From the NCBI GenBank assembly GCA_951406725.2, contig OX597843.1, forward strand, positions 3,224,001 through 3,288,000: 64,000 nucleotides of DNA. Reading direction: 5' to 3'. Origin of the DNA: Octopus vulgaris (lineage: Eukaryota). The translations under genes and the position numbers were made by a program. Shown in pieces: positions 52,107 to 64,000 of this stretch (position 1 is the first letter of the stretch; every line of letters begins with the position of its first letter). The notes below the pieces were generated by a model. The model was not told the DNA's origin and ran no database searches. It worked only from the letters and a program-made list of their open reading frames with translations.

Positions 52107-52769
52107 ATATCTTATGATTCAATACATATAAGATAAGAATACAAATTATAAAAATCATAATAAATTATTGAAATCATATATATATATATATATATATATA
52201 CACCACAAAGTAAGTTAGGGGTTATGGGTGTAACCCACTAGGGGATATCATTTATCCAATATACTGTTGGTAAAGTACACAGTTTCTTAATAGATAAATG
52301 TTTTTAATTGCAATGCAATTAACGTATTTATTGTATTAAACAGGTGAATGTAAAGAAATATTTTTACCGTTAATTTATAAATACCCTTTTACTTGTTTCA
52401 GTTATTTGACTGCGGCCATGCTGGAGCACCGCTTTTAATCGATGAACTCGACCCCGGGACTTTTTCTTTTGTAAGTCCAGTACTTATTCTATCGTTCTCT
52501 TTTTGCCGAACCGCTAAGTTACGGGGACGTAAACACACCAGCATCGGTCGTCAAGCAATGCTAGGGGGACAAACACAGACACACAAACGTATACATACAC
52601 ATACATATATATATATATGGCGTTAGGAAGGGCATCCAGCCGTAGAAACACTGCCAGATCTGACTGGGCCTGATGAAGCCTTCCAGCTTCACAGACCCCA
52701 GTTGACCCGTCCAACCCATGCTAGCATGGAAAGCGGACGCTAAACGATGATGATGATGATATACATATA

Positions 52770-53862
52770 TACGACAGGCTTCTTTCAGTTTCCGTCTACC
52801 AAATCCACTCACAAGGCTTTGGTCGGCCCGAGGCTATAGTAGAAGACACTTGCCCAAGGTGCCATGCAGTGGGACTGAACCCGGAACCATGTGGTTGGTA
52901 AACAAGCTACTTACCACACAGCCAGGGACGTAAACACACCAGCATCGGTCGTCAAGCAATGCTAGAGGGACAAACATATACATACACATACATATATATA
53001 TATACATATATACGGCAGGCTTCTTTCACTTTCTGTCTACCAAATCCACTCACAAGGCTTTGGTCGGCCCGAGGCTGTAGTAGAAGACACTTGCCCAAGG
53101 TGCCACGCAGTGGGACTGAACCCGGAACCATGTAGTTGGTAAACAAGCTACTTACCACACAGCCACTCCTGCACCTATATATATACATATATATATACGA
53201 TGGGCTTCTTTCAGTTTCCGTCTACCAAATCCACTCACAAGGCTTTGGTCGGCCCGAGGCTATAGTAGAAGACACTTGCCCAAGGTGCTACCCAATGGGA
53301 CTGAACCCGGAACCATGTGGCTGGTAAAAAAGCTACTTACCACACAGCCACTCCTACGCCTATATATATACATATATATACATATATACGACAGGCTTCT
53401 TTTAGTTTTCGTCTACCAAATCCACTCACAAGGCTTTGGTCGGCCCAAGGCTATAGTAGAAGACACTTGCCCAAGGTGCCACGCAGTGGGACTGAACCCG
53501 GAACCATGTGGTTGGTAAACTAGCTACTTACCACACAGCCACGACAAGCTTCTTTCAGTTTCCAATCTACCAAATCCACTCACAAGGCTTTGGTCGGCCC
53601 GAGGCTATAGTAGAAGACACTTGCCCAAGGTGCCACACAGTGGGACTGAACCCGGAACCATGTGGTTGGTAAACTAGCTACTTACCACACAGCCACGACA
53701 AGCTTCTTTCAGTTTCCAATCTACCAAATCCACTCACAAGGCTTTGGTCGGCCCGAGGCTATAGTAGAAGACACTTGCCCAAGGTGCCACGCAGTGGGAC
53801 TGAACCCGGAACCATGTGGTTTGGTAAACAAGCTGCTTACCACACAGCCAGTCCTGTGCCTA
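52770..53862 (-). repeat. Tandem cluster of ~6 tRNA/CORE SINE heads
   Basis: ggcttctttcagtttcc...cttaccacacagcca recurs at ~52770, 53012, 53197, 53388, 53542, 53695. Confidence 0.85.
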
Positions 53863-54239
53863 TGTAAATGGAAAAACAATTTTCTTATACAAATAAGAAA
53901 CTGGGGAAACAAATTAGGGAAATTATAATGTCAGATTATTTATTCATTTTACAAACGAGATCACATACACACACGTGTATATATATATAGCTTCGTCAGG
54001 GCCTTAAATATAGAGGGTATTTTATTTAGGAAAATTATATTTTTGAAACTGTATATGTACAGACGTTACAGGTGAGCATCAATGGTTTCTCGCATGTCAT
54101 ATTACCTTCCATCACTTGAAATAAATTGTTACCTGACAATCCATACACCTCTGGTCTTTCTCATTTCCACCTGTCCCAAACTGACTTTTGCAGTTTTTTA
54201 CTTTTTCTGTAGCCCCCGCCCCCCTCCTTTCCAAATTAT

Positions 54240-55189
54240 GGATCTTTTCGGTTTGAACGGCAGTTTTTTTCTAGTGGTGTCATATGAAATTGTCACCCAT
54301 AATTATGACCCTAGTATCGATCTATTGCATTTCAATCTGTTTTAGGGTTAGGGTTAGAGTTAGGGTTAGTTAGGGCTGGGGGGAAAAGGGTATCTTTTTT
54401 TTCTTCGCAAATGTAAATAAACCCAATCTGTTTCTTAAACGAGGGACATTTTCATATGGCACAGAATGTTTTTTTTTACCTCAATAGACGTCATTGATTG
54501 GTTGAAATTGCAGAAACTGAAGAAAAAAAACCAACAAATATCTTACAAACTATAGAATTCTTTTTTTCTTCACAAATGTAAATAAACCCAATCTGTTTCT
54601 TAAACGAGGGACATATTCATACAGCACAGAATGTTTTTTTACCTCAACAGACATCATTGATTGGTTGAAATTGCAGAAACTGAAGAAAAAAAACAACAAA
54701 TATCTTACAAACTACAGAATTTTCTCAATAAAGCCAAGAGAAAAAGATGTTTTATGTAACACATTCTACCAGTATACGAAGTCTAAAAGTGTTTAGTTAC
54801 GTGGAAATTATTTAAAAAACTTCCGGTCAAACCAAAAAGATCCAGGTGTTTTCCTCAAGAACCACTGGATTAAAGTTTCAGGGTTAGGGGTGGGAGAAGG
54901 GTATCTTTTTTTCTTCCCAAATGTAAATAAACCCAATCTGTTTCTTAAACGAGGGACATTTTCATACGGCACAGAATGTTTTTTTACCTCAATAGACGTC
55001 ATTGATTGGTTGAAATTGCAGAAACTGAAGAAAAACAACAACAAATATCTTACAAACCATAGAATTTTCTCAATAAAGCCAAGAGAAAAAAGATGTTTTA
55101 TAAACACATTCTACCAATATATGAAGTTTAAAAGTGTTTAGTTACATGGAAATTATTCTAAAAAACTGCCATTCAAACGGAAAAGATCC
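54240..55189. mobile_element. Compound MITE with GGATCTTTTCGGTTTGAACGGCAG TIR and internal (TTAGGG)n (related pieces ~56702-56889, ~61170-61655)
   Basis: TIR at 54240; reverse copies end at ~54843 and 55189; internal segments duplicated. Confidence 0.75.
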
Positions 55190-55197
55190 ACAATGTC

Positions 55198-55522
55198 TTA
55201 TGTCCACCGGTCCTTCCCAATGCACACCCCTTTCCCTGCATACCAAGCGCCAAAGTTTTCATACCAGATTTGTTTCTTATCGTCCAAAGCATGGTGCAAC
55301 ATCGAACAGACGTGACACCAAAGGTCGACATCGTAGAATTGTCCTGTTCCTTTCCATTTGAAATACTCGTTATAAAGAGTATCATTTTTATCAAGTTTAT
55401 GCAGGTAAGCAGCTAATTCTTTCGCTGAATTGAAATCCTCGTAGTGGATGTACGAATTCTCCGGTGCTATTTTGCGGTAATCGTCTGGATGGGCGCCCAT
55501 TACAATTGGAATGACATCGTGT
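55198..55522 (-). CDS. Alpha-1,3-fucosyltransferase (GT10), coding exon 2
   Basis: Acceptor tattccAG|A at 55523/55522; phase-2 join gives NALQHDVIPIVMGAHPDDY...SYIHYEDF...LAAYL...YFKWK; spliced product 416 aa. Confidence 0.92.
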
Positions 55523-55626
55523 CTGGAATAGATAAAAACGTGAACATATATTTTCTATAAAACATATTCAAAGGAGAAATAAAGGTTCACATGAGTAAAT
55601 TATAAATAAATCTTATATGACTTATA

Positions 55627-55803
55627 GGCACAGGAGTGGCTGTGTGGTAAGTAGCTTGCTTACCAACCACAGAGTTCCGGGTTCAGCCCCACTGCATGGC
55701 ACCTTGGGCAAGTGTCTTCTACTATAGCCCCAGGCCGACCAAAGCCTTGTGAGTGGATTTCGTAGACGGAAACTGAAAGAAGCCTGTCGTATATATGTAT
55801 ATA

Positions 55804-55870
<67 letters not shown>

Positions 55871-55970
55871 ATTATGTATATATATATATGTATGTATGTA
55901 TATTATGTATATATATATATGTATGTATGTATATTATGTATATATATATATATGTATGTATGTATATTAT

Positions 55971-56008
<38 letters not shown>

Positions 56009-56149
56009 ATATATATATATATGTATGTATATTATGTATATATATATATATATATAATATATATATATATATTATATATATATATATGTATGTATATATA
56101 TATATGTATTTTATATATATATGTATATACATTTATATATATATATATG

Positions 56150-56193
<44 letters not shown>

Positions 56194-56211
56194 AATATAT
56201 GTATATTATAT

Positions 56212-56250
<39 letters not shown>

Positions 56251-56263
56251 AATATATGTATAT

Positions 56264-56297
<34 letters not shown>

Positions 56298-56392
56298 ACG
56301 TATATAACGGAAGCTTTATGAAAATAGACAAAAGACGAAGGCAGGTTTATATATATATGTATATACATTTATATATATATATGTATGTATAT

Positions 56393-56430
<38 letters not shown>

Positions 56431-56476
56431 GTATATTATATATATATATATGTATGTATATATATATATATATGTA

Positions 56477-56517
<41 letters not shown>

Positions 56518-57470
56518 TAAAAACGGTAAGATAACAAAAGAAAGAAAGAGACCTCAATATTATGTAAATAGAGGAATTTATATATATGTATATATATATA
56601 TACATATGTGTGTGTGTGTGTGTATGTTTGTGTGTCTGTGTTTGTCCCCCGACATCGCTTGACAACCTATGCTGGTGTGTTTATGTCCCCGTAACTTAGC
56701 GGTCATAATTATGGGTGACAATTTCATATGACACCGCTAGAAAAAACTGCCAGTTCAAACCGAAAAGACCCCCTAACCCTAACCCTAAAACAGATTGAAA
56801 TGCAATAGATCGATACTAGGGTCATAATTATGGGTGACAATTTCATATGACACCGCTAGAAAAAACTGCCGTTCAAACCGAAAAGATCCAAATTAAAGAA
56901 TAAATTACAAAAAAAAAAAGGGACAAAGACAATCTCAAAATGGGGTGGGGGTGTTCAGTGGAGAGCCAGTCCGGGGCAGAATAAAACCAAGAGTTGCTTA
57001 TTGTCAAGGGTTTATTACCGGTATCTTGAGTAGAGCGATTTGCAAGGGGTTATATCATACGTCGAAACATTTAAAATATATATATAGGTGCAGGAGTGGC
57101 TGTGTGGTAAGTAGCTTGCTTACCAACCACATTGTTCCGGGTTCAGTCCCACTGCATGGCAACTTGGGTAAGTGTCTTCTGCTATAGCCTCGGGCCCACC
57201 AAAGCCTTGTGAGTGGATTTGGTAGACGGAAACTGAAAGAAGCCTGTCGTATATATGTATATATATATGTGTGTGTGTGCGTGTATCTTTGTGTGTCTGT
57301 GTTTGTCCCCCTAGCATTGCTTGACAACCGATGCTGGTGTGTTTATGTCCCCGTCACTTAGCAGTTCGGCAAAAGAGACCGATAGAATAAGTCCCGGGGT
57401 CGATTTGCTCGACTAAAGGCGGTGCTCCAGCATGGCTGCAGTCAAACGACAGAAACAAGTAAAAGAGTAT
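55627..57470 (+). mobile_element. SINEs, long TA microsatellite and MITE pieces inside the fucosyltransferase intron
   Basis: SINE heads at ~55627 and ~57087; TA tract ~55790-56605. Confidence 0.8.
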
Positions 57471-57681
57471 ATATATATATAATGGTGTGGAGAGGAGAGG
57501 CCGGTATGCATGGGTGACTGCTGGTCTTCCATAAACAACCTTGCCCAGACTTGTGCCTCGGAGGGTAACTTTCTAGGAGCAACCCCATGGTCAGTCATGA
57601 CTGAAGGGGGTCACAACACAACTTAATCTCATTAATTCAAATACAAAGACACTTATACATATTTAAAATCCAAGTACTTAC

Positions 57682-58607
57682 TGCAAAGCGTTGCGCATGA
57701 ATTTCTCCGTAATATAATCTCTACAGTTGGAATTTTCAAATGCCAAGTAAAATTTATATTCTTTTTCTAGCATTTCGAAACATATCGGATCGTCCTTTTT
57801 TGTACAGGTTTTTGTACCACAAAACCCGTAAATATCCACCTGGATATATTTTCCAAGTTCCTCGGCATAGCCCATTCGATTATTGGTAGGACAGCAATTA
57901 GAAGTGAACCAAGCGACCTTCTTTGTTTTTCCCTTGGCATAATTTACGTCTTGTTTTCTCTGCCTTACTGAATCGATAAAATATAAATATCTCAGGTAAG
58001 GATATACAATCGTACTGTCCTCGCGATATGTAATCGTCCAATTGATTCTGTTCCCCAAGTGTCTAACCGACGGGTTGAAATTAGGGGACTCCTGTGTCAT
58101 GTATATCCATATCTGATTTGGGTTCTTTGGTTTCTCTGATATTCCTACTGTCTCATAAAAGAAAATAGCGTCCACGCTCTCATGCTTTGTTTTGTCATGT
58201 GTAACCAGGCATTCATTGACTGGGCAGTTCTGTTCCAAGAAAGTCCCTTGATTTTCTTTCAATGGTCGCAGATACATCAAATTGTGTATTAATAATGTCT
58301 TAAACCTTCGTCGGATCGGTTTCGACTTGACATTTTCATCAGCATCTGACCGATTTGGGGACACGTTCCGGTCATCATTACCCCGTCTTTTCTTTGCCGA
58401 TAAGGTATATCCTAGCTGAGCATCCATACGATCATTACCGGATTGTTCTCCCGGAACGAGTAGAGGCGAATAGCTTGTGTAGGAAACAGGTTGCTGTATC
58501 CCTATTACGACGTTTTGTTTGAATTTACAAAAATAGAGATAACAAATGAATGCGATTATTATCACGAGAAAGATAAACGCAAAACATTTTCGCCTGCACG
58601 TTCTCAT
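57682..58607 (-). CDS. Alpha-1,3-fucosyltransferase (GT10), coding exon 1
   Basis: N-terminal TM anchor (FAFIFLVIIIAFICYLYF), ESP and NWTITYR motifs, alpha-3 motif YKFYLAFENSNCRDYITEKF; donor TTGCA|GTAAGT at 57682/57681. Confidence 0.93.
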
Positions 58608-59647
58608 TGCTTTCTGAGTGTTGCAAATAGTGTGAATTTACTGTTTACGTAGTCGGCAGCATTTGTTGGTTGTGAGGGAGAGACGGATTGGACAGGAGAG
58701 AGAAAGGGAGAGCGCGACAGCGACGTGAAACAGCTTGGATAGGAAATACAAAATATGTATATGTGTATATATGTATATATATATATATGTATATATATGT
58801 ATACATGGAAAAATGAGAGAAAATAAATAGTAAAAGCTTTCAAGTGCTGAATATTAAAGTTCAGATATATTGATATAGAGATTCCGTCTGTCGTTACGTT
58901 CTGAGTTCAAATTCCGCCGAGGTCGACTTTACCTTTCATCCTCTCGGGGTCGATAAATAACATACCAGTTTCGCACTGGGGTCGATGTAATCGACGTAAT
59001 CCCTTTGTCTGTCCTTGTTTGTCCCCTCTGTGTTTAGCCCCTTGTGGGTAATAAAGAAATAAGAAACGTTAGCACACTGGGCAAAATGCTTTGTGGTATT
59101 TTGTCCACCGTTGCGTTCTGAGTTCAAATTCCGCCGAGGTCGACTTTACCTTTCATCCTCTCGGGGTCGATAAATAAAGTACCAGTTACACACTGGGGTC
59201 GATGTAATCGACGTAATCCCTTTGGCCGTCCTTGTTTGTCCCCTCAATGTTTAGCCCCTTGTGGGCAGTAAAGAAATATATATTAATATAGAGGTCCAGT
59301 GTAATTTTCTCTGCCTTTGTATTTACAAAGGAGAGGAAATAAGGGGTTGTAAGTCCAGCAGCTGTCTTTAGGGGCTTCGAGGTCCATCACGATGCTAGTA
59401 GATGTCACAATATGCAGGCTGTAAAGGAAGCAATCAACAGTGGATGAGACGATCCTCCAGTACCAGGGTAGGAAATATCTTACATTTCAGACGACAGTAC
59501 AAAGAGGTTAAAAACTAGAATGATTAAATGTGGAGAGCAAGTAGTGGGGGGGGGGGGTCAATAGAGTTGTGGGGAGTGGTAAGACGGAATGACGAGGGGA
59601 AATAAGGGAGCTAGTTCATGAAAGAGGGGACACTGATAATGGAGGGT

Positions 59648-59974
59648 ATTCTTCTTCTTCTTTTTCTCCTTCCTCCCCTTCTTCTTCTCCTCCTTCCTCT
59701 TCTTCTCTTCCTCCTCCTCCTCCTTCACCTTCTTCTTCTCTGTCTTCTTCTTCTCCCTCCTTCTTCTCCTCCTCCTGCACCTTCTTCTTCTCATCTTCTT
59801 CTTCTTCCTCCCCTTCTCCTCCTCCTCCACCTTCTTCTTGCTCTCCTTCTCCGTCTTCTTCTTCCCCTCCTCCTCCTCCTTCTTCCCCTTCTTCTTCTTC
59901 TTCTCCTCGTCCTCCTCCCCCTTCACCTTCTCCTTTATCTTCTTCTCCTTCCCCTCCTCCTCCTCCTCCTTCTT
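59648..59974. repeat. Polypyrimidine/polypurine (CTT/CCT)n tract
   Basis: Directly visible. Confidence 0.95.
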
Positions 59975-60225
59975 GGTAGTAGAAGTTGGGGAGTCGGTAG
60001 ATGGGTGGGAGGGCCGGGGATAGATAGCAGTCGAATGGTTGATAGGGCTTGTTACATACATGTCAAAGGGAAGAGATAACAAATTAAGAGTCATTGGAAC
60101 TTGAAATAGAGAGAAAAAAAATAAATAAATAAATAAATAACAGAAATTATTTTAGGGAGGGAAAAATGTCTGTAGGGAATGCGACTGTGCGTAAGGGGTT
60201 GGTGACGGAAACGTCCCCTTTAAAC

Positions 60226-60980
60226 GCCGCACGGCCGCCCTAACAGATTGAGGGCCAAATGCATGATATAAAGAATGTGCCACGGCCGCCCTTACAAATT
60301 AAGGGCCGCCCTACAAATTAAGGGCCAAATACATGATATAAAGAATATGTGCCACGGCCGCCCTAACAAATTAAGGGCCGCCCTACAAATTAAGGGCCAA
60401 ATACATGATATAAAGAATATGTGCCACGGCCGCCCTAACAAATTAAGGGCCGCCCTACAAATTAAGGGCCAAATGCATGATATAAAGAATATGTGCCACG
60501 GCCGCCCTAACAAATTAAGGGCCGCCCTACAAATTAAGGGCCAAATGCATGATATAAAGAATATGTGCCACAGCCGCCCTAACAAATTAAGGGCCGCCCT
60601 ACAAATTAAGGGCCAAATGCATGATATAAAGAATATGTGCCACAGCCGCCCTAACAAATTAAGGGCCAAATGCATGATATAAAGAATATGTGCCACAGCC
60701 GCCCTAACAAATTAAGGGCCAAATACATGATATAAAGAATATGTGCCACGGCCGCCCTAACAAATTAAGGGCCGCCCTACAAATTAAGGGCCAAATGCAT
60801 GATATAAAGAATATGTGCCACAGCCGCCCTAACAAATTAAGGGCCAAATACATGATATAAAGAGTATGTGCCACGGCCGCCCTTACAAATTAAGGGCCAA
60901 ATACATGATATAAAGAATATGTGCTACAGCCGCCCTAACAAATTAAGGGCCAAATACATGATATAAAGAATGTGTGCCAT
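60226..60980. repeat. Satellite with 72-bp and 53-bp unit variants
   Basis: gccacggccgccctaacaaattaagggcc[gccctacaaattaagggcc]aaatgcatgatataaagaatatgt; starts 60279 and 60351 (72 bp), 60639 and 60692 (53 bp). Confidence 0.93.
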
Positions 60981-62374
60981 AGGAATAAGGAGGACGACAA
61001 CCGTTCTACTGTTTGAGAGGAGAAAGGCTTTATTTACAAATGGGTGCAATAAGATAAAGTATGGGTGCTAGCAAAGAGGGGTGGCTTTGTGCATGCAACA
61101 AGTGTTTGTGTCTGTGTGTTCGTGTGTGCGATAGAAGTACAAACAAGGTGTATGCGTATAAAAGGGGTCAGGTGAAGGGTATCTTTTTTCCTTCATAAAT
61201 ATAAATAAACAGCGGTGGTGCCCCAGCATGGCCGTGGACTTCGAGCTAAAACATTTTTAAGGATTTAAGGATTTAAACCCAATCTGTTTCTTAAACGAGG
61301 GACATATTCATATGGCACAGAATGTTTTTTTTTTACCTCAATAGACGTCAGTGATTGGTTGAAATTGCAGAAATTGAAGAAAAAAAACAACAAATATCTT
61401 ACAAACTATAGAATTTTCTCAATAAAGCCAAGAGAAAAAGATGTTTTATAAACACATTCTACCAGTATAAGAAGTTTAAAATTTTTTAGTTACCTAGAAA
61501 TTATGTTAAAAACTGCCGTTCAAACTGAAAAGATCCCTAACTAATCCTAGCCCTAAAACATTGAAATGCAATAGATCGATACTAAGGTCATAATTATGGG
61601 TGACAATTTCATATGACACCGCTAGAAAAAACTGCCGGTCAAACCGAAAAGATCCGGCCTCTGTATTATTCTGGATACATGACACACATACAACCACAGG
61701 TGTTAACATGCAATAAATCATCTCTTCAACGTCCTAAGCAGTTGCGTCTTCCTTTCTCTCTCTGGCACTTACATACACTATTCAATTTTATATTTATTGT
61801 ATCATTTTGTATACATTTCGCGCACACATGTTTACATACCAATAAATCTTCTTTTAACCATTCTTCATCGTTATGTCTTTCTTTTTCTCTCCGGTACTTA
61901 CATATACTATTCAATTTAATATTGACAGAGCAGCTAACTGGCTTTTGTGCCAGTGGCACTTAAAGGGCACCATTCGAGCATGATCGTTACCAGCGTTACC
62001 TTACTGGCACTTGTACCCATGCTTGTAGGGTGCCAAGGGTACCATCCGAGCGTGATTGTTGCCAGAGCAGGGAACTGGCTTCCGTGCCGGTGGCACGTAA
62101 AACGGCACCATTCGAGCGTGATCATTACCAGCATCGCTTCACTGGCACCTGTGCAGGTGGCATGTATAAAAAGTTTTGAGCGAGGTCATTGCCAGTGCCG
62201 CCTGACTGGCCCCGTGCCGGTGACACATAAAAAGCACCCGCTACACTCTCGGAGTGATTGGCGTTAGGAAGGGCCAAGATTGGAGTCTGGTGCAGCTATC
62301 TGGTTCGCCAGTCCTCAGTCAAAATCGTCCAACCCATGCTAGCTTGGAAAGCAGACGTTAAATGATGATGATGA

Positions 62375-62415
<41 letters not shown>

Positions 62416-62442
62416 TGCATATATATTTATGTGCATATATAT

Positions 62443-63050
62443 ATACTCTTTTACTCTTTTACTTGTTTCAGTCATTTGACTGCGGCCATGCTGGAGCACC
62501 GCCTTTAGTCGAGCAAATTGACCCCGGGACTTATTCTTTGTAAGCCCAGTACTTATTCTATCGGTTTCTTTTGCCGAACCGCTAAGTAACGGGGACGTAA
62601 ACACTCCAGCATCGGTTGTCAAGCAATGCTAGGGGGACAAACACAGACACACAAACACACACACACACACATATATATATACATATATACGACGGGCTTC
62701 TTTCAGTTTCCATCTACCAAATCCACTCACAAGGCTTTGGTCGGCCCGAGGCTATAGTAGAAGACACTTGCCCAAGGTGCCACGCAGTGGGACCGAACCC
62801 GGAACCATGTGGTTGGTAAGCAAGCTACTTGCAACACAGCCACTCCAGCACCTATATATATATATATATATATATACATATATACGACGGGCTTCTTTCA
62901 GTTTCCGTCTACTAAATCCACTCACAAGGCATTGGTCGGCCCGAGGCTATAGTAGAAGACACTTGCCCAAGGTGCCATGCAGTGGGACTGAACCTGGAAC
63001 CATGTGGTTGGTAAACAAGCTACTTGCAACACAGCCACTCCTGCGCCTAT
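62443..63050 (-). mobile_element. tRNA/CORE SINE with duplicated head
   Basis: Same family as 8177. Confidence 0.8.
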
Positions 63051-63393
63051 ATATATATATATATATATATATCTTTTCTACTATAGTAATACTCTTGTGT
63101 TTTTCTCCGTCACAATATATGAATGAGACCGGAAGGAAGAAGTGATAGCCAACTGGTAGTGGGAACATTTTAATTCTGTTTGTGTATATGTGTGTATATA
63201 TGTGTGTGTGTGCAAGGCAGGTATGCAAACGTTTGCATGCGTGAACCAGCATGCTTTCGATAACAAGCGATGACTGATGTCACATCTCAAAAGATAAACC
63301 ACTAGAAAGCATTGACATTTGATTTACCGTCCATATTTATACATGAAATATTACAATTTAGCTGTCACTTTCGACGGTATGCGGCCAGCTGTT

Positions 63394-63446
<53 letters not shown>

Positions 63447-63447
<1 letters not shown>

Positions 63448-63720
63448 CACCTCAATTGGACCCGCTCTCTTCAACATTACACCAGGACACGTCAAAAAAG
63501 AAACTGACCACACAAAATTCAAGAAGTCTTTGGACAAATTCCTTCAAACACTACCGGACAAACCACCCACACCCGGATATGTCTCCGCAAACAATAACTC
63601 TCTGCTCGAATGGGCCTTGGTGCCCAAATCCTGAACTGAAAAAATTCGCCAGGAGGTGCTATTAAGTTAGACATGGCCTGGGCCAATACTGGCCAAAACC
63701 TTTCTAAGTTATTCTAAGTT
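63447..63720 (+). mobile_element. CR1-like LINE extreme 3' fragment
   Basis: Translates to GPALFNITP..FKKSLDKFLQTLPDKPPTPGYVSANNNSLLEW..*. Confidence 0.7.
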
Positions 63721-63723
63721 ATA

Positions 63724-63826
<103 letters not shown>

Positions 63827-64000
63827 GTATATGCCAATTAAGGACCAAACACGAAAAGTGGACAGTCAACATGCTAGATATAGATGTCAAATCGCCATTC
63901 TCCACAAAAGATTATGTTCTCAAATCAAACTCGTCACAAACCCAAGCAATAAACAAGTGTCCAGTCCTTAATTGGTATATATAAATATTTTAATCTTCGG

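Noticed and set aside
54341-54376. TTAGGG repeats as telomere or fusion relic
   Set aside because: Few imperfect copies inside a TIR-bounded MITE family.
57087-57160. tRNA genes
   Set aside because: A/B-box sequences are SINE heads continuous with CORE and tail; no full cloverleaf evident.
59558-60094. Lys/Glu-rich 178-aa and Leu-rich 153-aa ORFs
   Set aside because: Low-complexity trinucleotide tract with non-ATG starts and no domain.

Overview
Eukaryotic, AT-rich, repeat-dense window with no prokaryotic features. It is most likely octopus (inferred from the SINE/RTE repertoire, TA microsatellites and clustered KRAB-less C2H2 genes). Positions 1 to ~49,050 hold a head-to-tail tandem array of ~8-11 kb units on the + strand. 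Each unit has a GC-rich promoter-like block (ETS and NRF1 motifs), a putative non-coding first exon, a TE-filled intron, and one coding exon encoding a 35-aa leader plus 7-29 C2H2 fingers. There are five complete ORFs plus the 3' end of a sixth. Unit-specific insertions: a 2.9-kb foldback element with 1.3-kb near-perfect arms, an apparently full-length but inactivated RTE LINE with a PHD-like finger after its RT domain, a non-autonomous Helitron, and a solo LTR shared by two units. Every unit also carries a Helitron-like 3' terminus and candidate antisense splice/promoter signals. Right of the array lie a CR1-derived 123-bp minisatellite, SINE/MITE clusters, a two-coding-exon alpha-1,3-fucosyltransferase (GT10) on the - strand, and a 72/53-bp satellite. 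Most short ORFs in the track are microsatellite or SINE artefacts. TE boundaries were read by eye and some are approximate.
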